This document shows, piece after piece, positions 45,366 through 53,590 of a DNA stretch of 64,000 nt; position 1 is the stretch's first letter, and every line of letters begins with the position of its first letter. Source of the DNA: Euryarchaeota archaeon SCGC AAA252-I15 (lineage in GTDB: Archaea; Altiarchaeota; Altiarchaeia; IMC4; SCGC-AAA252-I15); contig AQSC01000060.1 of the NCBI GenBank assembly GCA_000402775.1, positions 31,780 through 95,779 on the forward strand, written 5' to 3'. Below the pieces are notes generated by a model. The model saw nothing but the letters and a program-made list of their open reading frames with translations, was not told where the DNA came from and did no database searches. Made by a program: the position numbers and the translations under genes.

Positions 45366-46444
45366 GAATCGCAATCTTCCATAATTTCCTTGACAATATT
45401 GGAGGTGCCGAACGAGTTGGACTTACTCTTGCACGGGAACTTAACGCTGATGTATATTCCACAAATATTGATCAAGAAAAAATAGTGAAAATGGGTTTTT
45501 CCGACGTGAAAACGATTTCCATCGGAAAAGTCCCTGTTAATCCCCCATTCAGACAGCAGATAGCCACCCAAAAATTCAGAAGAGTTAATTTAAAGGGAAA
45601 ATACGACTTTTTCATTATCGACGGGGATTGGGCGTGGTCTGCAGCGGTAAACAATAAGCCGAACTTGTGTTACGTGCACTCACCTACAAGAGAATTATGG
45701 GATTTATATGAATACACAAGAGAAAAAATCCCTTGGTATACAAGACATTTCTTTGATTTATGGACTTCTTTTAACAGAAGGTTGGTGATGAAATACAGTA
45801 ATAACATAAAGATTATGGCGTGTAATTCAGAAAATACGAGAAATAGGATAAAGAAATATCTTGGTAGAGATGCTACCGTCATCCACCCCCCCATAGAAAC
45901 TTCGAAATTCCATTATGTGAAAAATGGGGATTTCTGGCTTAGTGTCAATCGCCTCATAAATCATAAGAGAGTCGATTTACAACTGAAGGCTTTTGAGAAG
46001 ATGCCCGATGAAAGATTAGTGGTTGTGGGATGCTATGAGAGCTCAGATCACTGGAAGGAATACAAGAAATACATTGAGGATATCAAACCCTCCAATGTGG
46101 AATTAATTCATCAAGTCGAATTTGAGAAGCTCGTTGACCTTTATGCCAATTGTAAAGGATTCATTACGACAGCCCACGACGAGGATTTCGGTATGACACC
46201 TGTGGAGGCGATGGCATCGGGAAAACCGGTTATCGCGCCCAAAGAAGGGGGGTATGTCGAATCTATTGTCGATGGTGAGACAGGATTTCTTATCGAGGAA
46301 ATTGATGAGGGGAAAATTATCCTGGCTGTAAGAGACTTAGGGGAAAATCCTGAAAGCTACAAGAGGGCTTGTCTAAATCAAGCTGAAAAATTCACCACAG
46401 AAATCTTCACCGGAAAAATCAGAAACCTTATTAATGAAAGATAA
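45362..46444 (+). CDS. Glycosyltransferase family 4 (GT-B)
   Basis: 360 aa. EDFGMTPVEAMASGKPVIAPKEGG is the canonical GT4 E-X7-E region. ATGA overlap with the upstream gene. Confidence 0.8.
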   Translation: MRIAIFHNFLDNIGGAERVGLTLARELNADVYSTNIDQEKIVKMGFSDVKTISIGKVPVNPPFRQQIATQKFRRVNLKGKYDFFIIDGDWAWSAAVNNKPNLCYVHSPTRELWDLYEYTREKIPWYTRHFFDLWTSFNRRLVMKYSNNIKIMACNSENTRNRIKKYLGRDATVIHPPIETSKFHYVKNGDFWLSVNRLINHKRVDLQLKAFEKMPDERLVVVGCYESSDHWKEYKKYIEDIKPSNVELIHQVEFEKLVDLYANCKGFITTAHDEDFGMTPVEAMASGKPVIAPKEGGYVESIVDGETGFLIEEIDEGKIILAVRDLGENPESYKRACLNQAEKFTTEIFTGKIRNLINER

Positions 46445-46457
46445 ATGTTATTGAAAG

Positions 46458-47324
46458 ATGGCTGAAAAAACAAACGAAAACCCTCTTGTTTCAGTAGTAA
46501 TCCCGGTTTACAATGGAGAGAAAACATTAAAAGAGTGTTTAGACTCTGTAGTCAACCAGACTTACGAAAACTATGAGGTTATTGTAGTCGACAATAATTC
46601 CACCGACTCGACAAAAGAAATCATCAGTCAATACGAGAAGGCCAAATATGTTTTTGAAGGAAAACCAGGAAGAGGAGCAGCCAGAAACGCAGGAATAGAT
46701 AATTCTCACGGGGAGATTATCGCAATGATTGATTGTGATTGTGTCGCAGAGGAAAACTGGCTGGAAGAATTGATTATGCCGATAATTTATAAAAAAGAGG
46801 ATGTGGTTCAGGGTTCGGAAATAAATTCAGACGATAATTTCTGGCAAAACAAAATCCAAAAAGCCAATGAAGGATTCATTGAACGGCATAGGATGGGGGA
46901 TTATTTAACTTCATTAGACTCTAAAAATTTTGCGATCAAAACAGATCTCGCAAGAGATTTGATGTTCGATCCAGAAGCGATTGTCTTTGAAGACTTTGAA
47001 TTCTATATTCGCCTTAGAAAAGTAGTAAAAATCCGATTCCTCCCTGAAGTCAAGGTTAAACACTACCATAAAAGCTCTCTATCAAGCACAATTAATATGA
47101 ATTTTGACAGGGCTCAAGGAACCATCAGAATATGGAAAAAATACCGGAAAGACCTTGGGGGTGAACCCATGACAGAAAGTATCTCATTGAAGAACCTAGT
47201 GATATTTCCGTTTTGGATGGCACTACAATTTATTAAACAACCAATAGGAGATTGCGTCTACCTAATGGTGTCCGAGCTTTCCTGGCGTTTTGGTTTGTTG
47301 TGGGGTTTTGTTAAGTGGCGTTAA
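46458..47324 (+). CDS. Glycosyltransferase family 2
   Basis: VSVVIPVYNGEKTLKECLDSVVNQTY, VVDNNSTD and DCDC (DXD-like). Confidence 0.85.
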   Translation: MAEKTNENPLVSVVIPVYNGEKTLKECLDSVVNQTYENYEVIVVDNNSTDSTKEIISQYEKAKYVFEGKPGRGAARNAGIDNSHGEIIAMIDCDCVAEENWLEELIMPIIYKKEDVVQGSEINSDDNFWQNKIQKANEGFIERHRMGDYLTSLDSKNFAIKTDLARDLMFDPEAIVFEDFEFYIRLRKVVKIRFLPEVKVKHYHKSSLSSTINMNFDRAQGTIRIWKKYRKDLGGEPMTESISLKNLVIFPFWMALQFIKQPIGDCVYLMVSELSWRFGLLWGFVKWR

Positions 47325-48054
47325 CGGGCTTTTGTTGTAAGTAATTTGGGATGACATCTTCTGTATTTCCGTGTCTTTTTATTTTACCTTCCTCCATCCA
47401 GATTGCTTTGTCACAGTATTTTTGTATCATCCATAGTTCGTGGGTTACGAGCAGGATTGTTGCTCCTTTTCCGACTAGTTTTTTAAGTGTTTCCGTGCTT
47501 TTTTTCTTGAAGTGTTCGTCTCCGACCTCGAATATTTCGTCGAGAAGAAGTATTTCGGGATTGCAGTGTATTGCCATTGAGAAGGCGAGGCGCTGGAGCA
47601 TTCCGCTTGAAAACTGGTATAGTTTAGTGTTTGTGAATTCGTTGAGTTCCGCATAGTCAACGATTTCGTCGAATCTCTCTCTGATTGTTTTCCGGCTTAA
47701 ACCGAACATGGAGCAGCACAGGTGTATGTTGTCTTTCATTGTGAGGCGGTCTTGAAGGCCTATGTTCAGGCCGATGAGTGAGATTATCTTTCCATTGGTT
47801 TTTATTGCGCCTCCGTCGGCTTGGTAGATTCCTGCTATGACTCGAAGGAGCGTGCTTTTGCCGGAGCCGTTTTCCCCGAGGATTCCGAGTATGGTACCTG
47901 AGTCTACGGTAAGCGTTACGTCCTTTAAAGCCCACAATTCTTTCTGAGGTTCCCTCCCCGAGAGAGTGCTCGCTACGCGTGCGAGCGCGGTCTGGTTTTT
48001 TGTAAAACCTATCCGAAACTTCTTGGAAACCTGATCTAAAATGATTTTTTTCAT
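47311..48054 (-). CDS. ABC transporter ATP-binding protein (polysaccharide/teichoic-acid export Wzt/TagH type, no C-terminal glycan-binding domain)
   Basis: Walker A GENGSGKST, signature FSSGMLQRLAF, Walker B ILLLDE. 3' end overlaps the convergent GT2 gene by 14 nt. Confidence 0.85.
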   Translation of the reverse strand: MKKIILDQVSKKFRIGFTKNQTALARVASTLSGREPQKELWALKDVTLTVDSGTILGILGENGSGKSTLLRVIAGIYQADGGAIKTNGKIISLIGLNIGLQDRLTMKDNIHLCCSMFGLSRKTIRERFDEIVDYAELNEFTNTKLYQFSSGMLQRLAFSMAIHCNPEILLLDEIFEVGDEHFKKKSTETLKKLVGKGATILLVTHELWMIQKYCDKAIWMEEGKIKRHGNTEDVIPNYLQQKPVNAT

Positions 48055-48839
48055 ATGAGTTCGGGAAGCCTCTTATCCAGTTTTTTAAACAAGATTGTTC
48101 CGATGAGAAGTGTGATGAGCGTGTAGCCGACTCCTCCCGCGATAAGCCATGTTTCCGGCGTTTGCCCATAGACTACGACGTCGCGGGCTACTGTGAGAAA
48201 GTAGAATAGCGGATTGAGAAGCCCGACTGTATACAGCCTTGTCCCAGGCTCTGTAGAGTAGAAGATTGGAGTGGCAAACCATAATATCCGCGACAGGAAT
48301 GCCCAGATGTTTTCAATGTCGACGAAGTATACGTAGAGGGAGGAGAGGATTATGGATGCGCTGAAGATGAATACTGTGAAGGGGATGAGGATTAGGGGGT
48401 AGAGGAGGAGGCCTTTGAGCCCGACTCCGTAGTATACCAGAAATGCCGCTATCACAATCATCTCAAACAGGTGTGAGAGCAGCGTCTTCAAGACGACGGA
48501 ACTGTTCAGTACTTTGTGGGGGAATTTGATGGATTTTATTATGTGACGGTGTTCCCGGATCATGCGCGTTGATTCGAGCGTCACCTTCTGGAAGAAGTTG
48601 AACATGACGATTCCGAGTAGTAGGTACATCGGGTAGTGGATTATTTCCTCGCCCATGCGCCCTGAAAAGATTATGAGGAGGACGAGAAACATGAGCAGGG
48701 GGTCGAGCAGGTACCAGATTATTCCGAGGTAGCTTCCCTCGTTTCTAAGCTTGAATTCGGCTTTAGCAAGCGATAGGCTTAATCCCGCGAAATTTTTTAT
48801 CTTGGCTGAAAAATCCGTCATGATAGTAACTAAATTCAT
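48051..48839 (-). CDS. ABC-2 type transporter permease (Wzm/TagG type)
   Basis: 262 aa with 6 TM segments. N-terminal EFKLRNEGSYLGIIWYLLDP is typical of ABC-2 permeases. 4-nt overlap with the ATPase gene. Confidence 0.8.
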   Translation of the reverse strand: MNLVTIMTDFSAKIKNFAGLSLSLAKAEFKLRNEGSYLGIIWYLLDPLLMFLVLLIIFSGRMGEEIIHYPMYLLLGIVMFNFFQKVTLESTRMIREHRHIIKSIKFPHKVLNSSVVLKTLLSHLFEMIVIAAFLVYYGVGLKGLLLYPLILIPFTVFIFSASIILSSLYVYFVDIENIWAFLSRILWFATPIFYSTEPGTRLYTVGLLNPLFYFLTVARDVVVYGQTPETWLIAGGVGYTLITLLIGTILFKKLDKRLPELI

Positions 48840-48873
48840 GGCATTTTTCTTTAAATAAGGCGAAAATTAAACA

Positions 48874-49389
48874 ATGGTGTTAAGGCGTAAGGAGGCTTCT
48901 GGGAGGGGGGGAGAGGACAATGTTGCTGAATTCCTGCAGGGTCTTGCTGCGGGAGGGCAGGACAAGCATGGTCCACCGCCTATTCCAGGAAAAGCTGGTG
49001 TTGACGTTCAGCCGATACGGTTTCTCCCAGACGAGTGCAGGCTGGTGAACGCCTTCACCCTGGCTATGGATTCTGTGAGATCGGGTTCATCCGACCTTGA
49101 GGAAAATGCGATATTAACACTTGAAAACGTTCACAAGCTCGTGCCGGTCGTGACAAGCAATGCAGCCAAGTATTTCAAGGGGAAGAGGGCAAGATTCGAC
49201 GAAACCCCTCCGGATAGTGCGGAAGCGAAGGATACGCTCTTTTTCAAGGCCGCAAAACTCCTCGCAATAGGAGTCTCGGAAAATCCGGAACTGCTTTCAA
49301 GATACTTTGACAGGCAGAATCCAGCCGCAGCCATGACTACACTTAGATCAGTTAGGGCCGAAAAAGCCTTTAAAAGAATTCTTTCCTAG
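48874..49389 (+). CDS. Hypothetical protein (171 aa)
   Basis: Intact ORF with no recognisable motifs. Contains a G7 run at 48905-48911 near the 5' end. Confidence 0.45.
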   Translation: MVLRRKEASGRGGEDNVAEFLQGLAAGGQDKHGPPPIPGKAGVDVQPIRFLPDECRLVNAFTLAMDSVRSGSSDLEENAILTLENVHKLVPVVTSNAAKYFKGKRARFDETPPDSAEAKDTLFFKAAKLLAIGVSENPELLSRYFDRQNPAAAMTTLRSVRAEKAFKRILS

Positions 49390-49703
49390 TTTCTCTTTAG
49401 TTTCACTGCGGTCCCGTATGCGAGCAGTTCTGCGGCGCCGGCCATGGTTTGGCTTGTCGTGAAGCGGACGTTTAATACTGCGTCGGCCTTGAGCTTGCCT
49501 GCTTCATTTATCATACGGTTCATGGCCTCTGCCCGCGCGTTTGAGAGCATGTCCGTGTATTCCTCAAGCTCACCGCCCACAATGTTTTTCAGGGCTGCGA
49601 GGATGTCTTTCCCGATGTTTTTAGCCCGAACAGTATTCCCGAAGACGACTTCAATAATCTCGTACTCGAATCCGGGGACTTTTTCCGTTGACGATACAAT
49701 CAT
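49386..49703 (-). CDS. YbjQ/UPF0145 family protein
   Basis: 105 aa. GFEYEIIEVVFG, ...GGELEEY..ML..AR..A..RM...A..L.ADAV...RF pattern. Confidence 0.8.
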   Translation of the reverse strand: MIVSSTEKVPGFEYEIIEVVFGNTVRAKNIGKDILAALKNIVGGELEEYTDMLSNARAEAMNRMINEAGKLKADAVLNVRFTTSQTMAGAAELLAYGTAVKLKRN

Positions 49704-49879
49704 GTTTTCACCTCAATTTCTTCAATAACGTCCTCCCTGCCCACATTAATGACTAATGCTACCCCAATCAGTAGTAATGGTATTCCGTAAACAAGGCGGA
49801 TTAGGTTGTGTTGGATGTAGATAAGAAAGACTATTCCTAAGGCAATCGAAACGATACCGGAAATAACCTGAATTCTCAT
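49700..49879 (-). CDS. Small membrane protein (59 aa, two predicted TM helices)
   Basis: Hand-translated as MRIQVISGIVSIALGIVFLIYIQHNLIRLVYGIPLLLIGVALVINVGREDVIEEIEVKT. Starts 2 nt after the beta-CASP stop and ends in an ATGA overlap with the ybjQ-like start. Below the 60-aa ORF-track cutoff. Confidence 0.4.
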   Translation of the reverse strand: MRIQVISGIVSIALGIVFLIYIQHNLIRLVYGIPLLLIGVALVINVGREDVIEEIEVKT

Positions 49880-49881
49880 TT

Positions 49882-51144
49882 TTAGATATCTAAATCGATT
49901 TTCTCCCCGTTTTTGGGAGTGTAAACCTCATATCTTTCGGAAAGCTTTTCCGCCAGAGCCTGCCTGCTCTCGTCCTGGCCGTGCACGAGAACAATCTTTT
50001 TGGGAGACACTTCACCAGCCATTTCAACCAAGTCGTTTTGATCCGAGTGCGCTGAGAAGTCGAAAAAATGGACTTGCGCTTTCACGGGAATCCTCTTGTC
50101 TATCAACTCGTCAATCACGTACCCTTCCTCCAATAGCCTTCTGCCGTTGGTCCCCTCAACTTGGTATCCGACAAGCAACACCGAGTTTTTAGGGTTCTTA
50201 CCGGCTCTTGAAAGATAATCCAATACGGGGCCTCCAGTCAACATTCCCGCAGTAGTTACTATGACGCACGGCTCTTTCACAGCCTCCCTTCTCGTGCGGC
50301 TGTTGTAAACCCATTTAGCATTGTTGGCGGCCTTTTGAAGGAGATCCGGATCCCTCAGGTATTCAGGATAATTTAGAAAAATCTTGATAACCGACTTTGA
50401 CATGCCGTCGAGATAGACTGGGTAAGGCAGTGAGTCGAGCATCATGAGAATCTCTTGGCTGCGCCCCACTGCGAAAGAGGGGATTATTGCGACTCCGCCT
50501 CGGTCACACGTGTCTTCAATAGTATTTATAAACTCCGAAACTGTCTCATCCCGGTCTGGGTGAAGCCTGTCCCCGTAAGTCGACTCCGAAATCAATACGT
50601 CAGCCTTAGGGTAATCCGCCCTGGAGAGGAGGAAAGTATCCTCAGACTTCGTATCCCCTGAATAAAAAATCTTTTTGTCATCCACTTCGGCCAAAACCCC
50701 CGAGCTTCCCGGAATGTGGCCGGCGTCAAATAAGGTCACCTTGAATTCCTCGCCAAGCTTCCTCTCCTTCCCATACTTTAAGGAAATCTCACATTCCTCA
50801 AGACGGTCAACGTCCCCGTCGGAATAATATTGGTGTAGTTTTTTAAGCTCGTTCACTTTCACGGAATCATGGAGTAGGAGTCTTGCCACGTCGAAGGTGA
50901 CATCAAGACCGTATACTGCGAAGTATTTCCGTTTCCGAAGGTAGGGTAGTCCCCCGCTGTGGTCTAGGTGGGCGTGGGATAATATGATTGAATCAACTTT
51001 TTCGGGGACTTCAGGGAAAGTTAAGGGTTCAGTCATCTGCAGTCCATAGTCGAACAAGAGAGCCTCACTTTCAGCAGAAAGTAAGTACCCGCTCTTCCCC
51101 ACTTCATTCGCACCGCCGAGGAGAGTAAGTGTTGGAGATGGCAT
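49882..51144 (-). CDS. Metallo-beta-lactamase / beta-CASP family ribonuclease (aCPSF2 / aRNase J-like)
   Basis: HAHLDHSGGLP (motif 2), DAGHIPGS, ESTYG, DFSAHSD and LVHGQ. ATG 51144 is preferred because the track start at 51216 would overlap the divergent antiporter start. Confidence 0.8.
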   Translation of the reverse strand: MPSPTLTLLGGANEVGKSGYLLSAESEALLFDYGLQMTEPLTFPEVPEKVDSIILSHAHLDHSGGLPYLRKRKYFAVYGLDVTFDVARLLLHDSVKVNELKKLHQYYSDGDVDRLEECEISLKYGKERKLGEEFKVTLFDAGHIPGSSGVLAEVDDKKIFYSGDTKSEDTFLLSRADYPKADVLISESTYGDRLHPDRDETVSEFINTIEDTCDRGGVAIIPSFAVGRSQEILMMLDSLPYPVYLDGMSKSVIKIFLNYPEYLRDPDLLQKAANNAKWVYNSRTRREAVKEPCVIVTTAGMLTGGPVLDYLSRAGKNPKNSVLLVGYQVEGTNGRRLLEEGYVIDELIDKRIPVKAQVHFFDFSAHSDQNDLVEMAGEVSPKKIVLVHGQDESRQALAEKLSERYEVYTPKNGEKIDLDI

Positions 51145-51210
51145 AGACTTAGTTATCTGATTCGGTGCATAAAAACAGGTATTTTTGTGCTCGAACTTCC
51201 ATAACAATGT

Positions 51211-52323
51211 ATGCATAACACCCTTTGGATTGTAGCGCTAGCAGTACTCGGGGCGGGAATATTAGCCATTGAATTAGGCATTTCACCCGCTATAACAGAG
51301 ATTCTCGCAGGAGTGGTAGTCGGATCAGTGCTGGATTTTCAACCAGGCCAATACCTTGAATCCTTAGCCTCCCTTGGGATCCTAACGCTCATGTACGTTG
51401 CAGGCCTTGAAATCGACTTAGACCTTATGCGAAACCGATTTCGTGAAAGCGTCACAATAGGGTTTTCCTCATTCGCACTCCCATTCACCTCAGTGACTAT
51501 AATCGCCCGATACGCACTTCATTTTACAAGTATGCAAAGCTTATTGATCGGAATAGCCCTCTCAACAACCTCAATAGCGATAGTATTCCCCTACCTTCGA
51601 ATGCAAGGGCCCCTATCTGAAACAAGCAAGGGGATACTCGCAGCAGCCATGGTAGCAGACTTAACCAGCATGCTCATGCTATCTATCTTATTCACTGAAA
51701 TATCAAAGAATGCAGTTATCTTAGTAGGACTGATCATCGTACTCACACTACTTATCCCAAAGATGGGTAAAAGGATTTTCTCCCACTTCCACGGCAACGC
51801 CGTCGAATTCGAATTCAGGATAATTCTTTTCATCATAATCGGGCTTGCAATCGCTTCAGAGGAGGCTGGTGTTGAGGCGGCGCTTGTCGCGTTCCTGCTG
51901 GGTATGATAACCTCAGGAGTCGTTGTCGGCCACAGCGACCTTCAGGAGAAGTTTCAGGCAATGGTATTCGGATTCCTCGCCCCCATCTTCTTTTTCTGGG
52001 TGGGACTTACAGTGTCATTTTCGGAGATAGCAAGCAATATCGGCATGATATCCATCCTTTTTGTATTATGCTATTCGACAAAGTTTATTGGCACATACTT
52101 TCCAAGCAGAAATTTTTACCCCAAAATTGCACTTGAAATAGGGTTCCTGTTCAACAACCGCTTATCCTTAGGACTAGTCGCAGCTTTATACGGGCGGGAG
52201 TCTGGACTTCTAAGCGATAAAGTTTACGCGTCACTAGTCGGATGCATTCTTATGACCACCTTCATCTCAACAGCACTGTTAAAACGGAAAAAACACGGAC
52301 GATGGAAAAAGAAGAAGAAATGA
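51211..52323 (+). CDS. Cation:proton antiporter (CPA2/Kef-type membrane domain)
   Basis: 370 aa with about 11 TM segments. N-terminal ISPAITEILAGVVVG and GLEIDL are typical of the Na/H-exchanger family. Confidence 0.75.
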   Translation: MHNTLWIVALAVLGAGILAIELGISPAITEILAGVVVGSVLDFQPGQYLESLASLGILTLMYVAGLEIDLDLMRNRFRESVTIGFSSFALPFTSVTIIARYALHFTSMQSLLIGIALSTTSIAIVFPYLRMQGPLSETSKGILAAAMVADLTSMLMLSILFTEISKNAVILVGLIIVLTLLIPKMGKRIFSHFHGNAVEFEFRIILFIIIGLAIASEEAGVEAALVAFLLGMITSGVVVGHSDLQEKFQAMVFGFLAPIFFFWVGLTVSFSEIASNIGMISILFVLCYSTKFIGTYFPSRNFYPKIALEIGFLFNNRLSLGLVAALYGRESGLLSDKVYASLVGCILMTTFISTALLKRKKHGRWKKKKK

Positions 52324-53192
52324 TTAGACTCCTTGAGGATTCCATCTCAAAGAGCATTGTAGGTGAGAAAGCTGTCGGCCTGATTTTTTCGGCTGGAGTC
52401 GACTCGACGCTAATTGGAGTATTAGCCTGCAAATTCACTTCCGTTTCAGCTTACAACGTGGGGATTTACGGGTCAGTAGACAGTGAGTATGCAAAAAAAG
52501 TTGAAAAAGATTTGGGTTTCAAGGTGAATTTTGTGGAAGTTGATGAAGAGGAAATCGAGAAAACACTGTCCACAGTACTTAAGGCTATTGGGGAACCTAA
52601 CCCGCTTAAAGTCGCAGTGGGGCTTCCGTTTTATTTCGCATCCAAAGCTGCCAGTAAAGACGGATTCTCAGTCATGCTTTGCGGGCAGGGACCAGACGAA
52701 TTGTTTGGAGGTTATGCTAGATACCTCACAGACTTTGAAAACAAAGGTTTTGATGGTGTCGCACAATCCATGCGAAATGATGTAACCAATCTCTATGAAT
52801 CCCAACTACAATACGATGAGAAAGTCTGCAAACTAAATAACATGACGCTTAAGTTCCCATTCCTAAACAAGGATTTAGTCGAATACGTAAGCAAAATCCC
52901 AATCGAGGAAAAAATCAGGGTTGTTGCGGGCAAAGCCGACTATGATTGCGTGGATGACGTGGGAGAATTGGAAGTGATACGTAAATTCATCCTCCGTGAA
53001 GCCGCAAAAAGTGTAGGAGTCCCAGACCCTATTTTAAACAGGCCGAAAAAAGCCGCTCAATACGGAAGCGGGACGTCAAAGGTGATTGAAAAGCTCGCAC
53101 GAAAAAGAGGGTATAAAAAAATGGCTCTTGACGAAGGTCGCACCGACTACGTTCGATACTACATCGAATCAACATGGAATGAAATCAAATAA
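52320..53192 (+). CDS. Asparagine synthetase-domain (PP-loop ATP pyrophosphatase) protein lacking a glutaminase domain
   Basis: PP-loop FSAGVDST and QGPDELFGGY. Start is either ATG 52320 (ATGA overlap with the antiporter stop) or ATG 52302. Confidence 0.65.
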   Translation: MIRLLEDSISKSIVGEKAVGLIFSAGVDSTLIGVLACKFTSVSAYNVGIYGSVDSEYAKKVEKDLGFKVNFVEVDEEEIEKTLSTVLKAIGEPNPLKVAVGLPFYFASKAASKDGFSVMLCGQGPDELFGGYARYLTDFENKGFDGVAQSMRNDVTNLYESQLQYDEKVCKLNNMTLKFPFLNKDLVEYVSKIPIEEKIRVVAGKADYDCVDDVGELEVIRKFILREAAKSVGVPDPILNRPKKAAQYGSGTSKVIEKLARKRGYKKMALDEGRTDYVRYYIESTWNEIK

Positions 53193-53586
53193 AAAAACCC
53201 TTCAAACCGTAAGCTTAGGGGGTAAAAAAAGGTTGAAACTCCCCTCAATTATCAAGAAAAAACAAGCTGGAAAAAAAATCAGGGCCACAAAACAACAAGC
53301 TCAAAAATACGCAACCGAGTCCGAGCAAGCAGGTTTAAAGGCGCGTGAAAGGTTTAAAAAGTCTACTGCGGTTTTTCTGCTCGGTTTTGTGCCCTTGGGT
53401 ATTGTTGGCTTACTCACGGCTGTTAAGGTTTCTGGGGGAGACAGTAAAAACACTTTATTGTTCATTGCAGTTTCTGTTGTAGTGTGTATTATATTCGGAT
53501 TATATTTATCCAAAAGACTTGAAAAAAGCTTCACTGACTTGGAAAATACTATTGAACACAGAGGCCTTACGAGAAAGAGTAGGTAA
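53179..53586 (+). CDS. Hypothetical basic membrane protein (two TM helices)
   Basis: ATG 53179 gives MKSNKKTLQ.., a Lys-rich N-terminus, followed by two hydrophobic helices (AVFLLGFVPLGIVGLL; LLFIAVSVVVCIIFGLYL). Confidence 0.4.
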   Translation: MKSNKKTLQTVSLGGKKRLKLPSIIKKKQAGKKIRATKQQAQKYATESEQAGLKARERFKKSTAVFLLGFVPLGIVGLLTAVKVSGGDSKNTLLFIAVSVVVCIIFGLYLSKRLEKSFTDLENTIEHRGLTRKSR

Positions 53587-53590
53587 GGAG

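Noticed and set aside
48905-48911. G7 run near the 5' end of the 171-aa hypothetical gene as a second frameshift or phase-variation site
   Set aside because: The ORF reads through it without interruption, and there is no alternative-frame continuation to suggest a shift.
51145-51216. Longer beta-CASP ORF starting at 51216
   Set aside because: It would overlap the divergent antiporter start at 51211. The internal ATG 51144 gives MPSPTLTLLGGANEVG, the usual beta-lactamase-fold N-terminus.
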